The notes below the pieces were generated by a model. It searched no databases, was not told the DNA's origin, and was given only the letters and a program-made list of their open reading frames with translations. Below are positions 55,521 to 63,823 of a stretch of 64,000 nucleotides of DNA, piece by piece. Both the position numbers and the translations under genes were made by a program. Source of the DNA: an uncultured Candidatus Saccharibacteria bacterium (GTDB lineage: Bacteria > Patescibacteriota > Minisyncoccia > Phycocordibacterales > UBA9973); contig CAZLWF010000001.1 of NCBI GenBank assembly GCA_964563615.1, positions 8,206-72,205 of the forward strand, in the 5' to 3' direction. The stretch's first letter is position 1, and each line of letters begins with the position of its first letter.

Positions 55521-56801
55521 CTACCACTCAAATCGAACAGCACCACTTCCTCCATTTTGTGCTTGACCACCAGGATTTGCATTAGCTCCAATACCACCTG
55601 CACCGAGAGAGTATGTGTAGGCTCCTGAACTCCAGACTGATGTTGTTGACTGTGCACCACCAGCTCCTCCTTTGACACCAGTATTATAGGTACATCCTGC
55701 TGCACCACCTCCACCATAAACTATAGTCGTAGGACTTCCACAGTTTTGATTACTATTTTGGGTACCTAGATTAAATGCTGGGGCAGCGCCACTTGAACCA
55801 GTACCAGCAACACCGCTTTGTGGACCAAGTCCTGCTACAGTACTTGCACTTGATGGGTTAAAGGTTGCCCCGCCGCCACCGAGAGCTGTTAGAATAACCG
55901 AGCCTTTGGTAACTGTTGTTTGTGCACCATTAGTACCATTAGTACCATCATAGTCTCCGGTGACGCCACCATAGGTGACTCCGCCTCCGCCTCCGCCAAC
56001 TGCTTTGACGGTGAATGCAGCACCACTATTAAATTCAGTACTTGGAGGAGTAAATGATGAACCTGAAACAAACGTCTTGAGACCATTTGCTGTATAGGTA
56101 GCTGTATCAGTAAATGTACTTGCTCCTTGTGTACAAGTAAGTGAGAAAGTTGTTACGCCAAATTTCTCTATTGTCACTGTAGTATTTCCACTTGAGTTTA
56201 TAACAGATGCGCTCGGCCATCCTGTTGCATTACTTGCAGGACTCAATGTTTGACCTGCAATACTACAGCTAACACCGATTGGTACTGTCCATGATAGTGT
56301 AACTGGTCGAGATATAGCAGTATTTTCAGAGACTGTAAATTGACTTTCAGACAATGTAAGATCAATTCCTGTTGGAGCAGATACTGCACATGGAATAATT
56401 TTACCCGAAGATCGTTCAATACAAAGATGGTCTATATTACTGCTCCCTGATACTGCATATTTCTCAAAATATATATCCCCACCTTGCCCATATGCTGGTG
56501 ATTGTCCAGTATCTGGATTAAAAACTGGACCAAAAAAAACTCTATCCGCAAACGAAGCTGACCTCGCTGCATTGAATGTTCCAACAGCTATTCCACCGCA
56601 AACACCTGTTGGGCAAATACCCGTTGGTATTGTTTTTGCTTGGTTTGTTGAACTTTCATTAAATGGCGCCGCGACGTTATTACCTGGTGCATCAGCGGTT
56701 GGACCGACGAAGGCTGATACGTAACTCACGCCGACTGCAATGATGAGTCCAAGCAATATCACTTTTGCACTTTGCAATATATTATTTTTTTCTTGTTTCA
56801 T
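55521..56801 (-). CDS. Surface protein with N-terminal anchor/signal and C-terminal glycine-rich domain
   Basis: After the N-terminal helix comes NVAAPFNESSTNQAK. The C-terminal 170 aa contain GGGGGG, GGGG and GGAGG runs and end in GGSGAVRFEW, a pattern seen in glycine-rich fibre-like domains. Confidence 0.6.
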   Translation of the reverse strand: MKQEKNNILQSAKVILLGLIIAVGVSYVSAFVGPTADAPGNNVAAPFNESSTNQAKTIPTGICPTGVCGGIAVGTFNAARSASFADRVFFGPVFNPDTGQSPAYGQGGDIYFEKYAVSGSSNIDHLCIERSSGKIIPCAVSAPTGIDLTLSESQFTVSENTAISRPVTLSWTVPIGVSCSIAGQTLSPASNATGWPSASVINSSGNTTVTIEKFGVTTFSLTCTQGASTFTDTATYTANGLKTFVSGSSFTPPSTEFNSGAAFTVKAVGGGGGGVTYGGVTGDYDGTNGTNGAQTTVTKGSVILTALGGGGATFNPSSASTVAGLGPQSGVAGTGSSGAAPAFNLGTQNSNQNCGSPTTIVYGGGGAAGCTYNTGVKGGAGGAQSTTSVWSSGAYTYSLGAGGIGANANPGGQAQNGGSGAVRFEW

Positions 56802-56839
56802 ATTATCTAGAATACTAAATTATTGGTAAGTAAACAATG

Positions 56840-58255
56840 CTAATAATTTCTCGGCTCATTATATATCGGCACAATGCCTCCGCCTCCGCCAGTTGTTGGA
56901 TTTTGTCCATATTTACACGGCAGTGGTCCTCCATAGTTAGTTGCGGTTGGGTCTTGGCAAGTTGCCGTATATTTTGAAACAATGACAGTATTCGATGTTA
57001 TCCATGTACCATTGTTTGCTAAACATTTAACTTGAAAGTTTGTTGGATTTGTTGGCACACTAATACCTATTTTACTTATCGCATAATTATTTGCTGAGGT
57101 TAGTGTTCCGAGGTTTGTATTCCAGTCAGTACCGCCGCCCATACCAACGCAACTTGTCGTTGCGCTATAGTCAGGGTTCGAAGAGTCAAATCCAAGATCG
57201 ATAAGGTAAGTTGGTGGGAATGCTGTACCACTTGTTGCTGTTGATCCATTAATATGGAGTGACAATGTAGGCGTGATTGTTGCAGATGTGTTTACTGTTG
57301 CTGTAGCAACTGTTGCCTTGGTATTTGCTGGAGTTTTGTAGCAAGATAAAGTGTACTTCGTACCACTTGCAGGAACGAGCATATCAGAAATTGATTTAAA
57401 TATTGTAGGATTGGCCGGTGGTGGAGGAGGCAAATTAGCAGAACCAGCGGAGAAATCAAGCGTTGTCCATGCAGGCACTACCTGAGTAGATGTAGCAGCA
57501 CAGTGATCAAATACAGTACCATTTGGTGACCACCAATTGAGGTATACTTTATTTCCTGTCGGAATAGTGATTACCTTTGGAAGCCCTTGGAGATTAGTAG
57601 CGGACGTAGCTGTAGGTATAACTGCAAGACCATCAGTTGACTGTGCCTCAGTAACAACATTTATAAATTTTATCCACCCGGTCACTTCAGATCCCCAGGC
57701 AAATCCAGTGAGTGCCCCAGTTCCTGGATCATATGAAATACCATACGCAAACTCAGATAATTGTAACCCAACTGAGTCTGGATCTTGATCGTTGACAGCA
57801 TTTAAACTAATCCACCCATCCCAACCAGGAGGACCACTACCTGCCAATACTCTTGCGAAACCTACTAATTTGTTTGTTGTAAAGTTAAGCCGTGCATTGC
57901 ATTCTCCATTCGTTCCTGAAGGACATCCAGCATCAAACTGTACCCAACCATAATTGTCACTCCAAGCATTTCCTGTCATATAACCAGTTGTCATATCGAC
58001 ATTAACGCCGTACTTTGTGGAAATTGTTTGCATGCCATCATCAACATGTGAACAACCACCAGAACTTGGATTTGTACAATTAAACGAAAGCCAGCCCATA
58101 CCTCCTGCAGTACCATCTGGCATTTGTGCTTCTCCCCAAGCCCAGCCGGTAACATTATCGCCTGAACCAGCAAATGCTTTTGATGAATAGAGAAAAGTAC
58201 TCACAGCAAACAGTACTATAAGTAGATATATACCGAAAATAAAATGTCTCTTCAT
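56840..58255 (-). CDS. Secreted protein with four GWAW...GW(I/L)xF repeats
   Basis: A signal peptide is present. The four repeats are TGWAWGEAQ..GMGWLSFN, GNAWSDNYGWVQFD, GFARVLAG..GWDGWISLN and GFAWGSEVTGWIKF. Confidence 0.6.
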   Translation of the reverse strand: MKRHFIFGIYLLIVLFAVSTFLYSSKAFAGSGDNVTGWAWGEAQMPDGTAGGMGWLSFNCTNPSSGGCSHVDDGMQTISTKYGVNVDMTTGYMTGNAWSDNYGWVQFDAGCPSGTNGECNARLNFTTNKLVGFARVLAGSGPPGWDGWISLNAVNDQDPDSVGLQLSEFAYGISYDPGTGALTGFAWGSEVTGWIKFINVVTEAQSTDGLAVIPTATSATNLQGLPKVITIPTGNKVYLNWWSPNGTVFDHCAATSTQVVPAWTTLDFSAGSANLPPPPPANPTIFKSISDMLVPASGTKYTLSCYKTPANTKATVATATVNTSATITPTLSLHINGSTATSGTAFPPTYLIDLGFDSSNPDYSATTSCVGMGGGTDWNTNLGTLTSANNYAISKIGISVPTNPTNFQVKCLANNGTWITSNTVIVSKYTATCQDPTATNYGGPLPCKYGQNPTTGGGGGIVPIYNEPRNY

Positions 58256-58261
58256 ATTATT

Positions 58262-58582
58262 TTATTGACCACCTAAACTATTGAGGGCATTCATCTGATC
58301 TTCTGTCGTCACTGTAGTCCCTGAAGATGATTTTGCTAAATTATCTAATTCTTGCGTTTGTTGTTCTGAGGTAACAGGCTCTTTTGAGGAAGTTTCTCCT
58401 AATCGATTAAGTTCTTGTAGTCTTGCTTCAACTGAAGATGGATCAAGAGTTGGTTTTTTATGTTTTAGGTAGTATATGTAACCAGCTATAACGACTAGGA
58501 TGATGCCAAGTGTAAGCCACAAAATCCTCCTTTTTTTATGAGAAACAACTACTTGTGGCGATTGAGCTTGATTTGGTTCCAT
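58262..58582 (-). CDS. Small membrane-anchored protein with short tandem QELN-type repeats
   Basis: A TM segment (WLTLGIILVVIAGYIYY) is followed by LQELNRLG, TQELDNLA and QMNALNSLG. Confidence 0.5.
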   Translation of the reverse strand: MEPNQAQSPQVVVSHKKRRILWLTLGIILVVIAGYIYYLKHKKPTLDPSSVEARLQELNRLGETSSKEPVTSEQQTQELDNLAKSSSGTTVTTEDQMNALNSLGGQ

Positions 58583-58735
58583 AGAAAAATAAGTTATTAA
58601 AGAAAGTATACCATGTCCTTATAAAAAGGGCTCAAATTGGATATGGGTAAGGCTGTGGATAAAGCCCTTTACATTTGACAAAATATATGATTTAATGTAG
58701 AAAAGAATCATTCTTCATTTACAAAAATAAAAAAA

Positions 58736-60043
58736 ATGAAAAACATAGCCTTATTGCTCATAAGCATTCTTGTTGGAGCAATAACTGCTCCAGCACAAAC
58801 ACTGTTTTCCCAAAAATTTTCCTTGGGATTAGGTGAGCCCAATAATGCACCTACTATGCTTGCAGCTCATGGAGATAGCTTATTAATTCTTGGCGGAGTA
58901 GAAAAAGCCGTTTTCTGGGTAAATAACAGCATTATCCCAACCACAGGTCTTGAAGACTTGAATCTGGATGTCAATCAACAAAAATCGTGTGTGTATTTTA
59001 ACCATAAATGGTGGATAGGTATTGGCACAGTAAATGATGGGCAAAAATATCTCCTTAATACAACAGGAGGGGAAGCAAGTTGGACATCTCCTTTCGCGAT
59101 TGATAGTCCTGTAAATGATGTATTTGTCCATGATGGCCTACTGTATGTTGTCGGAGCATTTAATACAGTAGACGGTCAAGTCGTAAATCATATTTTTACT
59201 GTGGACAGTCTCAACAATGTCACCAAAGTGGGTAGTAACGGCCATCAACAAAAAATTGTAACCGGGTTAGTTTTAAATGATGATTTATACATCATTGACT
59301 ATGTTCCGTTTGCAATACCCGCCCAAAGAACATTATGGAAATTTCGCAATGAGTGGAGTCGGATTGATTTAGGTTTTAAGTATCAGTGCATTGGTACTGA
59401 TATGGCAGTCGATCAGTCAGGTAAATTACTTATCGGCGGTATTTTTTATGATGGCAATGCTGACTGGTACAATGGATTAATAAAATACGACATAGCTTTA
59501 GACAGTGTCATATTTGTTCTTGACGACTGTTTAGGAATCTTTTATGTAGATTCCTGGAATAATCTCGTATTTTTTTCGGGACCGGTTAGTGAGATAGAAG
59601 GACAGCCTGTTGCAGTATGTGACCTTAATTTTCTAGATGAACAAAATGTAAACCATTATTACAGTGATAATGGTTGCATCGGGTATCTGCCTGGTATTCC
59701 ATATTTAGGACACTACGCCACAATCGAAAGTATCGAGGGTAATGGCCTCTCTGATTTGTGTATAGTGGATACAGTTCCTTTTACTTTAACCGGTATTAAG
59801 GATATTGTTACTCATCAAGCAGTAAAAGTTTACCCAAATCCTGCTGTCGATATAGTTACCTTAGAGGGTACCAGCGGTGATATTAGTATCTTCAATATCG
59901 TTGGGCAGCAAATTAATGTTCCAAGTGAAAGCAGTGGTGCCAGGGTAAATCTTGATATCCGCAATTTGTCGACTGGAATTTACACGATAGTTGTGGTTTC
60001 GAAAGGTGACCGAAGTGTAGCCCGTTTTGAGAAGATTGAGTAA
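58736..60043 (+). CDS. Secreted beta-propeller-like protein with T9SS (Por) C-terminal sorting domain
   Basis: The signal peptide is MKNIALLLISILVGAITAPAQ. The C-terminus VKVYPNPAVDIVTLEGTSGDISIFNIVGQQI...LSTGIYTIVVVSKGDRSVARFEKIE matches the TIGR04183-type CTD pattern. Confidence 0.7.
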   Translation: MKNIALLLISILVGAITAPAQTLFSQKFSLGLGEPNNAPTMLAAHGDSLLILGGVEKAVFWVNNSIIPTTGLEDLNLDVNQQKSCVYFNHKWWIGIGTVNDGQKYLLNTTGGEASWTSPFAIDSPVNDVFVHDGLLYVVGAFNTVDGQVVNHIFTVDSLNNVTKVGSNGHQQKIVTGLVLNDDLYIIDYVPFAIPAQRTLWKFRNEWSRIDLGFKYQCIGTDMAVDQSGKLLIGGIFYDGNADWYNGLIKYDIALDSVIFVLDDCLGIFYVDSWNNLVFFSGPVSEIEGQPVAVCDLNFLDEQNVNHYYSDNGCIGYLPGIPYLGHYATIESIEGNGLSDLCIVDTVPFTLTGIKDIVTHQAVKVYPNPAVDIVTLEGTSGDISIFNIVGQQINVPSESSGARVNLDIRNLSTGIYTIVVVSKGDRSVARFEKIE

Positions 60044-60068
60044 GTTGAGTTTGTTTTTCATTTTAGTA

Positions 60069-60098
60069 AGCCTCTGTTAGCAAATGCTGACAGGGGCT
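60069..60098 (+). terminator. Rho-independent terminator
   Basis: The sequence is AGCCTCTGTtagcaaatgctgACAGGGGCTttttttat. Confidence 0.7.
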
Positions 60099-60130
60099 TT
60101 TTTATTTCTTAAATGCTATACTCACCACAT

Positions 60131-60487
60131 ATGAAATCACCAGAACAATCATTTGCTTCCCAACCAGAATCAAAAGAGAACTATATCAAACGTCTAACTT
60201 CTAAGGCTTATAGCAAGCTCAAAATCCCTGTACTCACCCTTTTACTATCAGCAAATACACTCTCAGCTGTAGCGACTGTGGACACTGTATCTGATGACAA
60301 AAAACCCAAGAAAACTACTGCCCAAAAAGCCGAAATTCGCAAAAAAATACTAGGCACAGCACTAATGATTGGCGATGTAGCGACAGCAAATGCAAGTGAT
60401 CAAACTCGTTCGACATACAATAAAGCTAAGCAGGGAGCTATAGCTGCCGAAGGGGTTATTACTACTATAGAAAACAACAAAAAATAG
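60131..60487 (+). CDS. Hypothetical protein with one hydrophobic segment
   Basis: This is a track ORF. The start is uncertain (60113 or 60131). I recognise no motif. Confidence 0.4.
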   Translation: MKSPEQSFASQPESKENYIKRLTSKAYSKLKIPVLTLLLSANTLSAVATVDTVSDDKKPKKTTAQKAEIRKKILGTALMIGDVATANASDQTRSTYNKAKQGAIAAEGVITTIENNKK

Positions 60488-60515
60488 TTGCGCATTTCTA
60501 CGAAAATGCTATAGT
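60488..60515 (+). promoter_or_regulatory. Promoter TTGCGC-16-TATAGT upstream of nusA
   Basis: The hexamers are read directly from the sequence. Confidence 0.45.
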
Positions 60516-60529
60516 ACGGAAGTAAGAGA

Positions 60530-60553
60530 AGTTCGCGGAAGCGGACTTTTTTT
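60530..60553 (+). terminator. Leader terminator/attenuator in the nusA 5' region
   Basis: The stem AGUUCGC-GGAA-GCGGACU has a GNRA loop and is followed by U7. It starts about 15 nt after the -10 box and ends 28 nt before the nusA ATG. Confidence 0.55.
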
Positions 60554-60580
60554 CTTAAAAATTAATAACAATACAATACT

Positions 60581-61906
60581 ATGTTAGACCTCAAAGTACT
60601 AAAATCAGCGCTCGAACAGCTCGAAGAAGAGCGCAAAATTCCAAAAGAGAAGATCATCGATGCTATCGAGCAATCACTCGCAGCCGCCTACAAAAAGGAG
60701 TACGGCAAACGCGGGCAAATTATTCGTGCCAAATTTGACCTCGAAGTCGGCACAACCGAATTTTACCAAGTCAAAAAAGTCGTCGACGATACAACCGTGC
60801 GTGTCGTTTCACCTGAAATACTCGATGAAGAAGACAAGCCCGAAGAAGGTGACGAACGAGTGCGCTACAACGAAGAGCATCATATCTTTATCGATGACGC
60901 ACGCAAGATCAAAAAAGGGATCGAACTTGATGAAGAAATCATATTCCCACTTGAAACCAAAGAAGACTTCGGTCGCATTGCCGCACAAACCGCCAAGCAA
61001 GTCATCATCCAACGTATCAGAGAAGCAGAGCGAAGTTCTATTATGGATGAATACGGCACAAAAGAAGGCGAGATCATCAACGGTGTCGTCCAGAAGATAG
61101 AGCGAGGTATTGTCTATATCGACTTCAATCGGGCAACAGGCATATTGCCATTTGAAGAACAGATTCCCGGGGAATCGTATCGCCGCGGCGAGCGTATTCG
61201 TGCGTATCTCTACCTCGTCGAAGAAACTCCTCGAGGCATCACACTCAAACTTTCACGCACTCATCCAAAATTCTTAGAGAAACTTTTCGAACTTGAAGCA
61301 CCAGAAATCGCATCCGGTGTTGTAGTCATCAAAGCGATCGCTCGTGAAGCAGGCTCTCGAAGCAAGATGGCAGTTATGTCAACCGATGATCATGTTGATC
61401 CAGTCGGTTCATGTGTAGGTCAACGTGGCGTTCGTGTTACAACAGTCATGAATGAGCTCGCTGGTGAGAAGATCGATATTATTCCTTGGTCAGAAAATAT
61501 TTCGACATTCGTTGCAAGTGCACTTTCGCCTGCTAAGGTGCTCGATATAGATATGGAAGAAAACGAGCACAAGGCCCTCATCGAAGTCGCAGATGATCAG
61601 CTCAGTCTTGCTATCGGTAAAGGCGGACAAAATGTTCGTTTGGCTGCCAAGCTAACAGGATGGCGCATCGACATTAAAGGTATCAAGGGTGAAGATGTTT
61701 CAGAGAAAATTGATGGCGACGATGAAGGCTATGTATCACTCGGCGACCTAACCAAAGAAAAACCTGCTGATGAAAATGCTGACACGAAGCCTAAAACTAA
61801 AAAGAAAAGCGCAACCAAAGATGTTCCCGCAGAAGCAAATGAAGATGTTTCTGATGAACCTACGGTTGCTATTCCTGAAGAATCAGATGAGCAAAAAAGC
61901 GAATAA
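60581..61906 (+). CDS. nusA: Transcription termination/antitermination factor NusA with acidic C-terminal tail
   Basis: The N-terminal domain, S1 domain ([20 protein letters not shown]) and KH domains ([24 protein letters not shown]) are present. Confidence 0.93.
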   Translation: MLDLKVLKSALEQLEEERKIPKEKIIDAIEQSLAAAYKKEYGKRGQIIRAKFDLEVGTTEFYQVKKVVDDTTVRVVSPEILDEEDKPEEGDERVRYNEEHHIFIDDARKIKKGIELDEEIIFPLETKEDFGRIAAQTAKQVIIQRIREAERSSIMDEYGTKEGEIINGVVQKIERGIVYIDFNRATGILPFEEQIPGESYRRGERIRAYLYLVEETPRGITLKLSRTHPKFLEKLFELEAPEIASGVVVIKAIAREAGSRSKMAVMSTDDHVDPVGSCVGQRGVRVTTVMNELAGEKIDIIPWSENISTFVASALSPAKVLDIDMEENEHKALIEVADDQLSLAIGKGGQNVRLAAKLTGWRIDIKGIKGEDVSEKIDGDDEGYVSLGDLTKEKPADENADTKPKTKKKSATKDVPAEANEDVSDEPTVAIPEESDEQKSE

Positions 61907-61937
61907 TATTTTATTTACTACTAACTAGTTACTATCC

Positions 61938-62525
61938 ATGGCTAACATAAACCACAAACCATCAAAATACATGCTCAATCTCCAGCATGTGCTCGATCCA
62001 TATGTGAACAAAGACGACAATACTATTAATGCCCTCATTGAGATTAATTCTGGCTCAATCAATAAGTATGAGCTTATTACTGAAACCGGCCATCTCAAGC
62101 TTGACCGTGTCGGTTACTCATCGCTCGCCTACCCTGTTGCCTATGGTGCGATTCCAAAGACCTGGGACCAAGATGGTGACCTCTTGGACATGATCGTTGT
62201 CGATGTCACCGAAGCATTAGTACCTGGTTCACTCGTCGAAGCTCGTGTTATCGGTATTATGAAATTCGAAGATGGCGGCGAGCGTGACGATAAAGTGATC
62301 ACCGTACTTTCTGACGACAAGCGTATGGATCATCTCACATCTCTCGAACAGCTCGGCGAGCATTGGAAAAAAGAAACTGAGTACTATTTTGAACATTACA
62401 AAGATCTCAAGAAACCTGGCACATGCAAAGTCTTGGGATTCTTTGACGCAGTCGAAGCCAAAAAGATTATCGATGAATGTAGTGAACGTTACCAAAGTGA
62501 CTACGCTCCAAAATTAGAAGAGTAG
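61938..62525 (+). CDS. ppa: Inorganic pyrophosphatase (family I)
   Basis: The motifs NKYELITETGHLKLDRV, YGAIPKTWDQDGDLLDMIVV and DDKVI are present. Confidence 0.9.
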   Translation: MANINHKPSKYMLNLQHVLDPYVNKDDNTINALIEINSGSINKYELITETGHLKLDRVGYSSLAYPVAYGAIPKTWDQDGDLLDMIVVDVTEALVPGSLVEARVIGIMKFEDGGERDDKVITVLSDDKRMDHLTSLEQLGEHWKKETEYYFEHYKDLKKPGTCKVLGFFDAVEAKKIIDECSERYQSDYAPKLEE

Positions 62526-62537
62526 CAACAGTTTTGT

Positions 62538-62566
62538 TTGATTGTATTTATTAAAAGTCAAATAAT
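62538..62566 (+). promoter_or_regulatory. Putative promoter TTGATT-17-AATAAT upstream of tig
   Basis: The hexamers are read directly from the sequence. Confidence 0.35.
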
Positions 62567-62678
62567 ACTTTTGAAAAGCCTTGCCAGGCCGTCGACAAGT
62601 GTCTATCAAGAACAATAGACCTGTCGAGCCGAGCAGAGCAATTCGCGACCACGCGAATATGTGTGCTTTTCAAAAGTA
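62566..62678 (+). promoter_or_regulatory. Structured 5' leader (three-way junction) upstream of tig
   Basis: The closing stem is uacuuuugaaaagc/gcuuuucaaaagua (14 bp). Hairpin 1 is at 62592-62627 (6+6 bp). Hairpin 2 is at 62641-62658 (AUUCGCG-acca-CGCGAAU). Confidence 0.4.
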
Positions 62679-62694
62679 TTATAAAAAAAAGAAA

Positions 62695-63744
62695 ATGTTT
62701 AAAATAACCAAACTAGAAAAAAGCAGAATTGAGATCGAAGGTGAGATCCCAGAAGTAGAATTCAAATCATTTGAAGCAAAAGCTGTCGAGCATTTGCTCG
62801 CAAATTTCGAAATGCCTGGGTTTCGTAAAGGCAAAGTCCCTGTTGATGTATTCCGCAAACAAATCGGTGACATGCCGATACTTGAGGAAATGGCAGAACT
62901 TGCCATGGCAAAGCACTATCCAGAAATTCTCAACAGTGAAAAGATCGATGCTATCGGCCGACCTGAAATCATGATCACCAAGCTTGCCAAAGATAATCCT
63001 TTAGGCTTCAAAATCCGCACCGCTGTGCTACCAGAACTCACCTTGCCTGACTATAAAAAAATAGCTGCGGAGGCTTTTAGCAAAGAAGTGAAGGTAGAAG
63101 TAACCGAGAAGGAAATCGACGATGCCATACTTGAATTCAGGAAAATGCGCGCCCATCAAGAGCTTCACAAAGGCGACGCTGGTGAATCCCATGACCACAA
63201 TCATCCTGAACTAACCGAAGAAGCATTGCCGCCGTTTGATGATACTTTTGCCCAAGCAGTCGGAAATTTCAAAACTGCCGATGAACTCAAAGAAAAAATT
63301 CGAGAAAATATCCTACTCGAGAAAAAGAACAAAGAAGAAGAGAAGAAACGCATCGCAGCAGTTGAGAAAATCATCGATGGCGTCAAAGTTGATGTACCAG
63401 AAATTTTAGTTGAAGCTGAGCTTAATAAAATGTTCCACCGCATGGAAAGCGACATTTCAAACATGGGACTTAATATGGATGATTACTTGAAGCATGTGAA
63501 GAAAACCAAAGAGTCGCTTCGCGAGGAATGGCACAAAGACGCTGAACGTCGTGCAATACTTGAGCTTACGCTTAACAAAATTGCGCAAGTCGAAAATATT
63601 ACCGTGCTGAAAGAAAACATTGATGCCGAAGTCAAGAAACTCATGGATATGTACAAAGATGCTGATCCGCTCCAGGCCGAGCTCTACGTTGAGAATATTC
63701 TCAGGAACGAAAAAGTATTTAAGTTTCTTGAAGACCAAAAGTAA
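62695..63744 (+). CDS. tig: Trigger factor (short form)
   Basis: MFKITKLEKSRIEIEGEIP is followed by the ribosome-binding signature GFRKGKVP. The start is the ATG at 62695. The track's TTG start at 62581 would translate the structured leader. Confidence 0.88.
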   Translation: MFKITKLEKSRIEIEGEIPEVEFKSFEAKAVEHLLANFEMPGFRKGKVPVDVFRKQIGDMPILEEMAELAMAKHYPEILNSEKIDAIGRPEIMITKLAKDNPLGFKIRTAVLPELTLPDYKKIAAEAFSKEVKVEVTEKEIDDAILEFRKMRAHQELHKGDAGESHDHNHPELTEEALPPFDDTFAQAVGNFKTADELKEKIRENILLEKKNKEEEKKRIAAVEKIIDGVKVDVPEILVEAELNKMFHRMESDISNMGLNMDDYLKHVKKTKESLREEWHKDAERRAILELTLNKIAQVENITVLKENIDAEVKKLMDMYKDADPLQAELYVENILRNEKVFKFLEDQK

Positions 63745-63774
63745 AAAACTTACCGCTGATTACTTTATGCAATA

Positions 63775-63803
63775 AAAAACGCCCTCTATAATGAGGGCGT
63801 TTT
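63775..63803 (+). terminator. Rho-independent terminator after tig
   Basis: The sequence is AAAACGCCCTCtataatGAGGGCGTTTT. Confidence 0.7.
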
Positions 63804-63822
63804 GCTTCACATAGTGAAGCAA
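63802..63822 (-). terminator. Short hairpin after the convergent right-edge gene
   Basis: The hairpin GCTTCAcatagTGAAGC lies directly downstream of the minus-strand stop at 63824-63826. Confidence 0.4.
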
Positions 63823-63823
63823 T

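Noticed and set aside
60572-60583. I considered the TACAAT box 3 nt upstream of the nusA ATG as a third leaderless-mRNA promoter.
   Set aside because: The 3-nt spacing is too short for transcription to start at or before the ATG. The upstream TTGCGC-16-TATAGT promoter plus leader terminator explains the region better.
62566-62678. I considered calling the tig-upstream structured element an SRP (4.5S) RNA, because it contains CCAGG on the 5' side and AGCAG on the 3' side.
   Set aside because: The apical part lacks the universally conserved short helix capped by a GNRA (GGAA) tetraloop. Instead there is a 13-bp extended hairpin with an 8-nt loop. The symmetric-loop sequences do not line up with the E. 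coli 4.5S pattern as I remember it.
62581-62694. The ORF track gives trigger factor a TTG-initiated 38-aa N-terminal extension.
   Set aside because: The extension (MPGRRQVSIKNNRPVEPSRAIRDHANMCAFQKYYKKKK) is unlike any trigger-factor N-terminus and coincides with the stem-loops. The canonical MFKITKLEK... start at 62695 places the GFRKGKVP motif at its normal distance.
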